Positions 29,718 through 40,330 of a DNA stretch of 64,000 nt are shown here, one piece after another. The translations under genes and the position numbers were made by a program. Every line of letters begins with the position of its first letter. Within the stretch, counting starts at the first letter, position 1. This stretch comes from Chthonomonadales bacterium (GTDB taxonomy: Bacteria; Armatimonadota; Chthonomonadetes; Chthonomonadales; CAJBBX01), in the NCBI GenBank assembly GCA_049967475.1, contig JBMFSQ010000003.1, positions 73,529 through 137,528 on the forward strand, written 5' to 3'. The notes under the pieces were generated by a model. That model was not told the origin of the DNA and did no database searches. It saw nothing but the letters and a program-made list of their open reading frames with translations.

Positions 29718-31958
29718 TTACCGCGATCCTCCTGGCCGTGGGCGTCCGCTCGAGTTGCGAAGGGGTTTCTTGATGCGGCGCAAGGGAGCAGGGGCAAAGG
29801 GATCCCTGCGGCTGTGCGGCGGCAGGCCGATCTGCGGATCCGCACCTGACCTCAATGTGGGAAGGGGCACGTGTATGGCAACGAGCGTTGTGCCGTGCTG
29901 GATGCCGGGTCCCGGCTTTATGGTGAGGCCGATAACCGGCTCGTCGAGCCAGCCCGTAAAAAGGAGTGGATCGGATCCCTCCAATTGCGCGGGATTACTG
30001 GAGATGGCGACTGCCAGCGCCTGCCGGATGCGGTCTTCTTGAAGGCTTGAGGTGCCGCGGGGATAGCTGCCGGAATATTGCGGGGAGGCACCCATGACGG
30101 ATGGCGCAGCGATGGCGATACGGCCCCATGGTTCTGCGGGGGCAACCCGCAGGGAAGCCAGCTTTGTGGAATAGGGTTCCATGGTCCCCAGAAACACAGC
30201 CGACGCGCGGTACGTGACGGCGCAATCCACCAGGCGGTGGGCGGTATTGTTGGTGACGCGAACGGTCCCTGCCCGAATGCCCGGAATGAAAGCGGCATCA
30301 ATCTCACCCCCAAGGTCTGCGTGGCCCACGAGTTCGAAGCTCCGGACGGACCACATTCGGACGCGGACATCACGGACGCCGTGCCCCGGCCCCTCATCCA
30401 CGGCGACATCCTGCGCTTGAATTCCAAATCCGAAGGGCGCGAAGGAGGCGCCTCGAGCGACTGCTTGTGTGTCCGCCGTGGCTAGATCGTACTTTGTTGA
30501 GGCCGGGGAGAAGATGGTGGCGAGGGTGAGAGCGCGAAGAGACCGCTGGCCTGCCGCGCCCTCCAGGATCGTAGCGTAGCTGAGGCGCAAGCTGGACCCG
30601 CGAAGCGCATAACCCACTCCGTAGGCCCCTACAGAAAAGGCCACGACCACGAGCGGCGCCGTGACCCATGCCCATTCGCGCCGATCCTTCCTGCGCAAAA
30701 TCATGTAATTGAGAGGCACGAGGCAAAGGATGTACGCCGCGAGATAGAGCCCAACAAATCCCACCCCAGGTGCGCTCGCAGCCTGATCGCCCGCTAAGGC
30801 ATCCCCCAGCATGCGCAAGGCACCTTGGGGCTCGAAGGATCCCATTGCAAAGGAATTGAGCCCTCGATGCAGTTGCGCTTCCACGATCGCAGAGGCTGAA
30901 AGCTCGGCTTGGCGGAGGCGCAGAAGTTCACGCCAGAGCGCTGGTGCGCCCGGCCATGCGCTGATCTGGCGGGAGGCGAGATCGAAGGTCGTGAAGATGA
31001 CGGTGCCCCGTCCCTCCCGCCGAGCCACGACGAGGGGCACGGCCCCCTGGGTACACACGACCACTGCGTCTGGCCCTAGCGTGCCCGTGACCACCGCTAC
31101 CGGGCTGGAGAGAGAAGGTGCTCGGTATCGGGCTGCGAGTGCGGCAAGGCTGGGGAGTTGGCGCGTTCCTTGCGGCATCATGGGTAACAGGCCGGCGATC
31201 TTGGGATCGCGAAGGCGGCTGATGTCGGGTACTCCCGATATAACGATGGCTCCTCCGTCGCGCACCCACTGGATCAGGGCACTCCACTGAGCGTCTGAGA
31301 GGGCATCCAACGGGATATCGCCCAAAAACACGCAATCGGCTGCACTGTAGGCTTCAGGGCAAGTCGGGAGGGTGAAGGGCTCCGGGTACGCCACGGCGCA
31401 CGGGTATTGCTGCCGGCTGCCGGTTCCTCTCGTGGTGAACTGCACGGAAAGAAGCGCTGTGGATGGCTGGTGCGGCAACCCCAGATCCGCTCGATGGAGG
31501 TAGCCGAGGCCGCTGCGATCCCGGGTGAGCGCTACGATCAACGGCTGGAAGGGGCTCAGGGTCTGCACCGCAGGAAGTTTCTGATCTGCCAGAACATGCC
31601 CTTGCGCCACGAGGCGAACCCGCGCTTCGTCCAGACGTGCATCTTCGTCGGCGAAGTAGGCCAACGGGACGCGCTCGTTGAGAACACCGGCGTGTAAATC
31701 CACGGACCGCATGAACGTAGTGGTGCCCGAATTGGGCTCGGATGCGGGGAAAAGCAACTGGCACTGTGCCTGTGTGGTGACACCCGTGCCTTTAACGGTA
31801 ATGAGTGCGGGCGACCAGGAACCGGCCCTCACGAAGCGGTCGAAGCCGATGAATGCATCCACGGTTAGATCGGCCCGGCAGGGGAGCGCAGTCAGGATCA
31901 GGCCTGCCAAAAGACGCGCTGCAATGAAGACGGCCTTTTGCCCCGTGTAACGGTGCAT
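29718..31958 (-). CDS. Large exported membrane protein with class I glutamine-amidotransferase-like domain
   Basis: Signal peptide ending LPCRA; DCVFLGD...LSDAQWSALIQWVRDGGAIVISG; two central TM helices. Start uncertain. Confidence 0.7.
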   Translation of the reverse strand: MHRYTGQKAVFIAARLLAGLILTALPCRADLTVDAFIGFDRFVRAGSWSPALITVKGTGVTTQAQCQLLFPASEPNSGTTTFMRSVDLHAGVLNERVPLAYFADEDARLDEARVRLVAQGHVLADQKLPAVQTLSPFQPLIVALTRDRSGLGYLHRADLGLPHQPSTALLSVQFTTRGTGSRQQYPCAVAYPEPFTLPTCPEAYSAADCVFLGDIPLDALSDAQWSALIQWVRDGGAIVISGVPDISRLRDPKIAGLLPMMPQGTRQLPSLAALAARYRAPSLSSPVAVVTGTLGPDAVVVCTQGAVPLVVARREGRGTVIFTTFDLASRQISAWPGAPALWRELLRLRQAELSASAIVEAQLHRGLNSFAMGSFEPQGALRMLGDALAGDQAASAPGVGFVGLYLAAYILCLVPLNYMILRRKDRREWAWVTAPLVVVAFSVGAYGVGYALRGSSLRLSYATILEGAAGQRSLRALTLATIFSPASTKYDLATADTQAVARGASFAPFGFGIQAQDVAVDEGPGHGVRDVRVRMWSVRSFELVGHADLGGEIDAAFIPGIRAGTVRVTNNTAHRLVDCAVTYRASAVFLGTMEPYSTKLASLRVAPAEPWGRIAIAAPSVMGASPQYSGSYPRGTSSLQEDRIRQALAVAISSNPAQLEGSDPLLFTGWLDEPVIGLTIKPGPGIQHGTTLVAIHVPLPTLRSGADPQIGLPPHSRRDPFAPAPLRRIKKPLRNSSGRPRPGGSR

Positions 31959-32061
31959 GGTCTTGTATGCCCTACAGGAGGCCGGATGCGCATTATCGGC
32001 ACATCCCACCCATTGCCCCGGTCCCGCGGTGTTCGCCGACCGCCGGAATGACTGCGGCCCG

Positions 32062-32814
32062 CTACCCGGCTGCGGTTTCTAGAACCTCGTCGGGGATGTC
32101 GAAGTTGGCGTGTACCGTCTGAACGTCGTCCAGATCTTCCAACAGGTCCATGAGGCGCAACACCTGCTGAGCTTCTTTGCCTTCGACGCGCACGGTGGTC
32201 GCCGGGATGCGGGTTATTTCCGCCGACGAAATCTGGATCGCTGCGTTTTGGAGGGCTGTCTGTACGGCGGAGAGATTGCCGGGTTCGGTGAGGACACTGA
32301 ACACATCCTCTTCCGCCTTCACATCGTCGGCTCCGGCATCCAGGGCGGCGGCGATGAGAGTGTCCTCGTCGGTGCCTTGCTTGGGGACGGTAATGAGGCC
32401 GACCGGTGGGCTGAAGAGGTACGACACGGCGCCGCTTTCCGCCAGACGGCCTCCGTTCTTCGTAAGGATGCTTCGGATGTCCGCTACGGTCCGGTTTCGG
32501 TTATCCGTAGCGCACTCGATGATCATGGCCACGCCGCCGGGGCCGTAGGCTTCGTAGGTGATTTCCTCGTAGACGGCCCCTTCGATCTCACCTGTGCCGC
32601 GCTGGATGGCGTTCTTGATCTTGTCTTGCGGCATCGAATTCTCACGCGCCTTCTGGATGGCCAGGCGCAGGCGCAGGTTCGCTTCAGGGTTGCCTCCGCC
32701 GGTCTTGGCGGCAACGATGATTTCGCGGGCGAGCTTTGTGAACTTGGCCCCGCGTTCGGCATCCATCTTGCCCTTCTTAAGGCGGATGTTGTGCCATTTG
32801 GAATGTCCAGACAA
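32062..32814 (-). CDS. yebC: YebC/PmpR family regulator
   Basis: MSGHSKWHNI, YEAYGPGG, TDNRNRT, LEDLDDVQ. Confidence 0.96.
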   Translation of the reverse strand: MSGHSKWHNIRLKKGKMDAERGAKFTKLAREIIVAAKTGGGNPEANLRLRLAIQKARENSMPQDKIKNAIQRGTGEIEGAVYEEITYEAYGPGGVAMIIECATDNRNRTVADIRSILTKNGGRLAESGAVSYLFSPPVGLITVPKQGTDEDTLIAAALDAGADDVKAEEDVFSVLTEPGNLSAVQTALQNAAIQISSAEITRIPATTVRVEGKEAQQVLRLMDLLEDLDDVQTVHANFDIPDEVLETAAG

Positions 32815-32869
32815 GGGCGAACCAACCCCTTTCTATCAGCAGTATGAAAGGAACCTTTTCTATGAGGCG

Positions 32870-32898
32870 ATTATAGCACAGCCGAGGCCGGGCGTCAA
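32870..32898 (-). promoter_or_regulatory. Sigma70-type promoter upstream of yebC and the ABC/MoxR run
   Basis: TTGACG-17 nt-TATAAT with extended -10 TG. Confidence 0.75.
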
Positions 32899-33055
32899 AA
32901 AGGTCAGAACGACGGCGGGATGAGACACGGCCGTGCTGCTAGGGTGATCTACCGCGTGCGGGGAGCGAGGTCCGCGCCTCTCATGATGCCGAAAGCAGAT
33001 CCAGCGCTCGCCGTTTCGGCGGAGGAGGCGGCTCGATAGGCCTCATGCACGCGGG

Positions 33056-33256
33056 CTAACCCGGTGTCTCCCTAATCTCGGGCGGCGCGTCCCACCCAAT
33101 GAGGCACATACTCGCTGCTGCGGTGTGGTGCTTGCCGTAGGCAATGAAGTGCACCACGTCGCCATACACGGTGATCTCGGCCTTTTCGTAGTACGTGCCT
33201 CGGTCGTGCCCAGGCTCAGTGACGCTGATCGTTCCCTGTCCCTTTATGACCACCAT
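33056..33256 (-). CDS. Small beta-rich hypothetical protein (66 aa)
   Basis: AAAGGAG SD before ATG 33256; has its own promoter. Confidence 0.7.
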   Translation of the reverse strand: MVVIKGQGTISVTEPGHDRGTYYEKAEITVYGDVVHFIAYGKHHTAAASMCLIGWDAPPEIRETPG

Positions 33257-33299
33257 AGCGATGCTCCTTTGCCGTTCTGCGGATGCTTCTCCGCCGAGG

Positions 33300-33328
33300 A
33301 TTATATCAGCTTGTGCCTCGTCAGCCAA
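33300..33328 (-). promoter_or_regulatory. Sigma70-type promoter
   Basis: TTGGCT-17 nt-TATAAT with extended -10 TG. Confidence 0.6.
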
Positions 33329-33365
33329 GGGCACACGTTTGGGTTGTACTCCGCTTCTCGTAGAA

Positions 33366-33409
33366 TGCGGGCAGCCCACTCCCATTGCGGCAGAGTGAGG
33401 CCGCCCGCA
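33366..33409 (-). terminator. Hairpin downstream of groEL
   Basis: TGCGGGCGGCCTCACTC...GAGTGGGCTGCCCGCA imperfect stem; short U-tract. Confidence 0.5.
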
Positions 33410-33433
33410 GTTTGGCACCCGGGGAAAGCCGGA

Positions 33434-35418
<1,985 letters not shown>

Positions 35419-35487
35419 ATGCGGAACCCTCCTGCAGCTTGTGGATTGAGTGTGCGGCGGTGGTCGAGTGCAACGCCGACCGCCCGC

Positions 35488-35514
35488 TTAGCACTCTACC
35501 ATCGAGAGTGCTAA
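35488..35514. promoter_or_regulatory. CIRCE element (HrcA operator)
   Basis: Perfect TTAGCACTC-N9-GAGTGCTAA upstream of groES. Confidence 0.97.
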
Positions 35515-35518
35515 TATA

Positions 35519-35548
35519 ATCTACTGAATATGGCCGGCTTCTGTCAAG
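35519..35548 (-). promoter_or_regulatory. groESL sigma70-type promoter
   Basis: TTGACA-18 nt-TAGATT directly upstream of the CIRCE. Confidence 0.7.
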
Positions 35549-35550
35549 CG

Positions 35551-36291
35551 CTAGCCGATGTGGATTAAGCCGGCATGGCGCACTGCGATAACCAGCAGGT
35601 CCAGCGTTGCCGATATGGCCCAATGGAGGGCAAATCCAGGGAGAAACGAACGGGTACGAAGGGCCAGCCAGCCCATGATGAGGCCTCCGGGAAAAGAAGA
35701 GAGGAACTCCGGCGTAGGTTTTCCCAGGTGCATGAGCCCGAAACCCACAGCTTGAAGCACTACCCCCGCCGTGGAGCCCCAGCCTCGGGCGATGCCGAAG
35801 GTGAGGAAACCGCGATAGAAGAACTCCCAGCAGAACAAATAGAAGCCGTACGTGATCTCGTAGGCTGCCAGCGCCGCCCAGCTATTCGCAGCCGAATGAA
35901 ACAGCGGGTACTGCGCTTGGAAGTCTGGGCGGTGAGCCGCGAGCCAAAGCACCGGCAACATGAGGATGTAGAAGAACCACACCACACGGGCCGTTCGGGC
36001 CTCTGGAGGCCGTAAGCCGAAGGCCCAAGGCGACTGCTTGAAGCCTGCCAGGATCAGAAGGAGCGCAGGCAGGGCAAGGAGCGTGGTATTCACCACCAGG
36101 TACTCGTCCCAGGAGTAGGGAATAGGAGAGCTCGGCGGGCTCCACACGGACCTCTGTTGGAGGTTGTAATGCGTTAGCCACGCGATAACGCCGGATCCTA
36201 CGAGGAGCGTTGCCAGACTTTGGCCGGCTGCGTGATGGCCTCCGCCGCCCGTCTTGGCTTCCGCTACGCTGGAAGGATCCTCCGAATACAT
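35551..36291 (-). CDS. CPBP (CAAX protease/Abi) intramembrane glutamic endopeptidase
   Basis: WEFFYRG, FGLMHLGKP..E, FALHW; TGATG overlap with the upstream gene. Confidence 0.88.
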   Translation of the reverse strand: MYSEDPSSVAEAKTGGGGHHAAGQSLATLLVGSGVIAWLTHYNLQQRSVWSPPSSPIPYSWDEYLVVNTTLLALPALLLILAGFKQSPWAFGLRPPEARTARVVWFFYILMLPVLWLAAHRPDFQAQYPLFHSAANSWAALAAYEITYGFYLFCWEFFYRGFLTFGIARGWGSTAGVVLQAVGFGLMHLGKPTPEFLSSFPGGLIMGWLALRTRSFLPGFALHWAISATLDLLVIAVRHAGLIHIG

Positions 36292-37685
36292 CACGCCTCG
36301 ATCCGTGTGGACGCCAATCGGCACGCAGTGGAAGCAAAGCGCTGCCGGTAGCGGGCCAGCCTGCACCCAGGAAACGAAGGCCGGCCATGCAGGCGGGAAT
36401 AGATGACCGTACCTTCCACCATGGTCAAGAGGACGTCCCTCGCTGAAGCGGAATGGACAAGGCTTGTGACGGGATCATAACACGGTTGGAGGGGCAATCC
36501 GTCCAGGCTGATGGCGGCAAGGTCCGCCCATTTCCCTACCTCCAGCGATCCGGCATCTCCGGCCATTCCGAGTGCCGAAGCGCCACCCAGCGTTGCCATG
36601 TAGAGCAGATCGGCGGCTGTGGGGGCGTCGGCTGTTCGGTTGGTTGCACGATGGATCAGAAGGGCACAACGCATCTCTTCGAACAAGTCCATGGTATTGT
36701 TTGACGCTACGCTGTCGCTCCCGAGCCCGATGGGCACGCTCCCTTGCAGCGGATCCTTGGAACGAAGGGATGAGAGGAACGCCAGGAGCGGGGACACGCC
36801 GTTGCCCAGCTTCGCGTTGGACTTGGGGCAATGCGCCCAGGACGCGCCGGCGCGAGCAGCGCGCCGGAAATCTGCATGGCCTACCTGAACACCATGTACG
36901 AGAAGCGTGTCGGAGGAAAGAACCCCGCATTCATCGAGATACGCAATCGTGCTCATCCCGGGCGGCGATTGCCACCAAGAAGTTCCACGCTCGCGAAGGA
37001 TGCGTGCAAACTCACCTTCATCGCGCAGCAGAAGGAGTGCTTCTTGTTGGCTTTCGGCTGCGTGGATGCATAGGGGGAGGCGCTCTTGCCGCGCGAAGCG
37101 GACCACTGCTTTGAGGGCTTCAGGGTGAAGGGTATAGGGCGCATGTGGGGACACCCCCAGGCGCAGGCGTGAGGATTTGGTGTGAGGGCGCAGGCGGTGC
37201 AAGGCTTGCCGCAGCCTCGCGAGGGTCGCTTCCACGGGCTCGTTGGGATCCAGGGCAAAAACCTCTTGGTAGATCACGCCCTTAAGCCCAATGATGCGGG
37301 CCGCCCTCACAGCCGCGCCACTATCTGTACAATCCCCGATCGTCGTGACGCCCGCAGCGGCAGCTTCCGCCGCCCCTAAGACGGCCGACGCAAGCCAGTC
37401 CTCATCTGTAAGGAGGTTCTTACGTTGAACCAGAGCCCTAATCCAGGGAAAGAACGGGAGGTCTTCCAGCAGGCCGCGGAACACGGTGTAGTCCAGATGC
37501 GTGTGGGCGTTCACCAAGCCGGGGAGCACGATGGCGTTGCCCAGATCCAGAACATTCGGCACGGTTTGCTTCGGGGCCGCCGGGCGGATGTCCGCAATGC
37601 GACCGTTCTCGATAAGGACTTCGCCGTTATGGATGGGGGGCGCCGCCACCGGCACAATCCAGCGCGCGCGAACGCATCGCGTCAC
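36291..37685 (-). CDS. Amidohydrolase (MtaD/SsnA-like deaminase family)
   Basis: PGLVNAHTH, SPHAPY, IHAAES, HCPKSNAKLG, GLGSDS; GTG 37685 overlaps the upstream stop. Confidence 0.9.
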   Translation of the reverse strand: MTRCVRARWIVPVAAPPIHNGEVLIENGRIADIRPAAPKQTVPNVLDLGNAIVLPGLVNAHTHLDYTVFRGLLEDLPFFPWIRALVQRKNLLTDEDWLASAVLGAAEAAAAGVTTIGDCTDSGAAVRAARIIGLKGVIYQEVFALDPNEPVEATLARLRQALHRLRPHTKSSRLRLGVSPHAPYTLHPEALKAVVRFARQERLPLCIHAAESQQEALLLLRDEGEFARILRERGTSWWQSPPGMSTIAYLDECGVLSSDTLLVHGVQVGHADFRRAARAGASWAHCPKSNAKLGNGVSPLLAFLSSLRSKDPLQGSVPIGLGSDSVASNNTMDLFEEMRCALLIHRATNRTADAPTAADLLYMATLGGASALGMAGDAGSLEVGKWADLAAISLDGLPLQPCYDPVTSLVHSASARDVLLTMVEGTVIYSRLHGRPSFPGCRLARYRQRFASTACRLASTRIEA

Positions 37686-38311
37686 TGGACCGGTTGGCTC
37701 CAAAGCTGGTCGAGCTGGGATCTGGAGAGGTTCTTGCAATGCCCATCCCCGTGGAGGACGTTATAGCGCATGCGGTCTGTGAAGACCCCGCCGTGCCACT
37801 TACCCGCCGCGTCGAAAAGTACATTCACCGAAGCCGGGTTGGGAAAACTCTCTTCGGTTACATGCCGGAAGGCAATCTCGGTACGGTAGTTGTAGCTCGT
37901 GTGAAACTTGGCATAGCTCGTAGGAGTTGCATCCAAGAGTTCGCCTGTGAAATCCTCTACGGTGTACCCGGTGTCGGCGGGGCAATGGAAGATCTCCGGG
38001 GATTTGATGTAGGGCTGGAGGACCTCGTGGAGCATGGGCATATACGGGATTTGAGCCTGGAATTCCGGAAAGCCGCTCCAAATTTGCGGCGTGTACCGGT
38101 CTGTAGCATCCAGCGCGTAGGGGTAGAGGTCATCGTAATCTTGGCTGTACATCCGGATGGACATGCCGATCTGCCGAAGGTTGCTCAGGCAGGTGATCTC
38201 CCGTGCCTTGCCGCGTGCCGTGGCGAATACGGGAAAGAGGAGAGCGGCGAGCAATGCAATGATGCCGATCACCGTAAGGAGTTCCACAAGCGTATAGCCT
38301 CGCTGCCGCAT
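37682..38311 (-). CDS. Prepilin-type N-terminal cleavage/methylation protein (DUF1559-like)
   Basis: GYTLVELLTVIGIIALLAALLFPVFATAR..CLSNLRQ; NVLHGDGH. Confidence 0.9.
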   Translation of the reverse strand: MRQRGYTLVELLTVIGIIALLAALLFPVFATARGKAREITCLSNLRQIGMSIRMYSQDYDDLYPYALDATDRYTPQIWSGFPEFQAQIPYMPMLHEVLQPYIKSPEIFHCPADTGYTVEDFTGELLDATPTSYAKFHTSYNYRTEIAFRHVTEESFPNPASVNVLFDAAGKWHGGVFTDRMRYNVLHGDGHCKNLSRSQLDQLWSQPVQ

Positions 38312-38340
38312 GGGTCCCTCACGCCCGCAGGATATCCCGA

Positions 38341-38369
38341 ATTATACAGGAAATAGACACCGGGAGCAA
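38341..38369 (-). promoter_or_regulatory. Sigma70-type promoter
   Basis: TTGCTC-17 nt-TATAAT. Confidence 0.6.
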
Positions 38370-38418
38370 GCCGACACGGCGCATCAACGAAGGCACAGCC
38401 TATGGCGCGTGCTCCTGC

Positions 38419-39402
38419 TCACTCCGCGTGCTTTACATAGATAGATGCGTGGTACCGCCGGGCAAGGCTTCTTCCACGTTCCTCTCCAATCACGCTGATG
38501 GCCGTGGAAAGGCCATCCGAAGTGGTAGCATTGGGTGCGATGACCGTCACCTCGATGCGGTCGGTAAGTCCCATGCCGGTGTGGGGATCCACGATGTGCG
38601 AGTAGCGTTTGCCGCCGATCTCCAGATACTGCTCGGTGTCGCCGGATGTGGAGATGCCGCAGTTGTGCAGGACAAGTTCCGGCGGGCTTCCTTTGCGCGC
38701 CGCGTTGGGAATTGCGATGCGCCACCCCGCCTCCCCTGGCGGAGGGTCGCCGAGGGCGATATCTCCGCCCGCTTCCACGAGTGCGCTGCGGATGCCGCAA
38801 CGCTTGAGTTCAACTAGCGCAGCGTCGTCTGCGTAGCCTTTGGCGATGCCGCCCAGGTCCAGCTTCATCCCCGGCAAAGCCAGGCGCACCGTTTTGCGCG
38901 CATCGTCCAGGATGATGTTCTGCCAGCCTACGAGCTTCCGGGCCGAGGCGATCTGTTGGGCATCGGGCAGTACATGCATCATTCGGGCGCGCCTCCAAAG
39001 GGCAACTTCCGGACCCACTGTGACATCAAATCCCCCGCCGGTGAGGCGCGAGAGCTCTACGGATGCGCGCAAAATTCTGAAGAGATCCTCGCTCACGCGG
39101 ATTGGGGGTCCTCCGGACGCCGCGCATAACCGCATCAGCTCGCTGGATGGACGGTAATCGCTCATGATCTGGTCCAGTTCTTCAAAACGGCGGAATGCGG
39201 CTGCGGCGGCCCGGTCTGCGGCGGCTTCATCGGGGGCGTAGAGAAGGATGCGCACTTGCACGCCCATATGGATTTGAGTATACTGGAAGCGCGTCCATGC
39301 CTTTTGGAGCGGGTTTGCGCGGCCTCCAAGAGGGCTCCCCAACCATCCACTCCAAACCACAAGACATAAGAGGACATCCTTGCGCATGAAGAACTTACCC
39401 AT
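38419..39402 (-). CDS. apbE: FAD:protein FMN transferase ApbE
   Basis: FDVTVGP, LDLGGIAKGY, AGGD, STSGD, YSHIVDP.TG. Start is 39402 or 39387. Confidence 0.95.
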   Translation of the reverse strand: MGKFFMRKDVLLCLVVWSGWLGSPLGGRANPLQKAWTRFQYTQIHMGVQVRILLYAPDEAAADRAAAAAFRRFEELDQIMSDYRPSSELMRLCAASGGPPIRVSEDLFRILRASVELSRLTGGGFDVTVGPEVALWRRARMMHVLPDAQQIASARKLVGWQNIILDDARKTVRLALPGMKLDLGGIAKGYADDAALVELKRCGIRSALVEAGGDIALGDPPPGEAGWRIAIPNAARKGSPPELVLHNCGISTSGDTEQYLEIGGKRYSHIVDPHTGMGLTDRIEVTVIAPNATTSDGLSTAISVIGEERGRSLARRYHASIYVKHAE

Positions 39403-39430
39403 CGGCATTCCCCGACCCGTACAGTGGAAT

Positions 39431-40276
39431 ATGGCGCCGGTGCTGGCACCGTGGATCATTATGGCATTGATCGGCGGGGGTCCTGGCCAAGCGGCAAAGC
39501 AGAAGCCGGCTCAGGCACGCCATCCGTCATCTGGGATCGCGCCGTACACGGAGACTGTTACCGTGACTGGCGACAGCAACAAGGTACGCTTCGACATGGT
39601 GCCCGTGAAGGGAGGAACGTTCACCTTTGTGGATCCCGTGTCCGGAGCTTCGCGCGTAGTGGCAGTAAAACCCTTTTGGATCGAAAAGACCGAGGTCACG
39701 TGGGATCAGTTCGATCAATTTCTGATTGTGCCCGAGAAGCCCAAGCCCGGCACTGCCGATGCCGTCGCGCGGCCCAGTCACCCGTACATGCCGCCGGATC
39801 GCGGCTTTGGCCACGCGGGGTATCCAGCCATATCGCTCACATACTACTCGGCCCAACAGTACTGCAAATGGCTTTCACTCAAGACGGGCCGAAAGTACCG
39901 CCTGCCCACGGAAGTCGAATGGGAATTTGCGTGCAGGTGCGGCGGCCCTCCGGTAAGGCTGGATGAGAAGGGATTGCAGCAAGTAGCGTGGTATTCAGGT
40001 AATGCAGGCGGCAGCACGCATCCTGTAGGGAAGAAAGAACCCAACGCCTTCGGGCTCTACGACATGCTGGGAAATGCCGGGGAGTGGTGTATCGGTGTGG
40101 ATGGCAAACCCGTGCTTCGCGGAGGATCGTTCATGGATCCTCCTACCAAAGTCAATTGCCGCGCTCGGGCGCGTCAAACCCCTGCATGGAACCAAACGGA
40201 TCCCCAGATCCCCAAGAGCAAGTGGTGGCTTTCGGACGGCCCCTTCGCGGGCTTTCGCGTGGTGCGTGAACCCTGA
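39431..40276 (+). CDS. Exported FGE-sulfatase/SUMF1-fold protein
   Basis: TEVT, YRLPTEVEWEFACR, PNAFGLYDMLGNAGEW, RGGS, GFRVV; signal peptide. Confidence 0.9.
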   Translation: MAPVLAPWIIMALIGGGPGQAAKQKPAQARHPSSGIAPYTETVTVTGDSNKVRFDMVPVKGGTFTFVDPVSGASRVVAVKPFWIEKTEVTWDQFDQFLIVPEKPKPGTADAVARPSHPYMPPDRGFGHAGYPAISLTYYSAQQYCKWLSLKTGRKYRLPTEVEWEFACRCGGPPVRLDEKGLQQVAWYSGNAGGSTHPVGKKEPNAFGLYDMLGNAGEWCIGVDGKPVLRGGSFMDPPTKVNCRARARQTPAWNQTDPQIPKSKWWLSDGPFAGFRVVREP

Positions 40277-40330
40277 CGCCATCGTGCATGGTGCCCTCGG
40301 GCGGACACAGGGCTTGGAAAGGAGATTGGC

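Noticed and set aside
35447-35473. Possible second CIRCE upstream of groES
   Set aside because: Only a half-site (GAGTGCAA) with no correctly spaced inverted partner.
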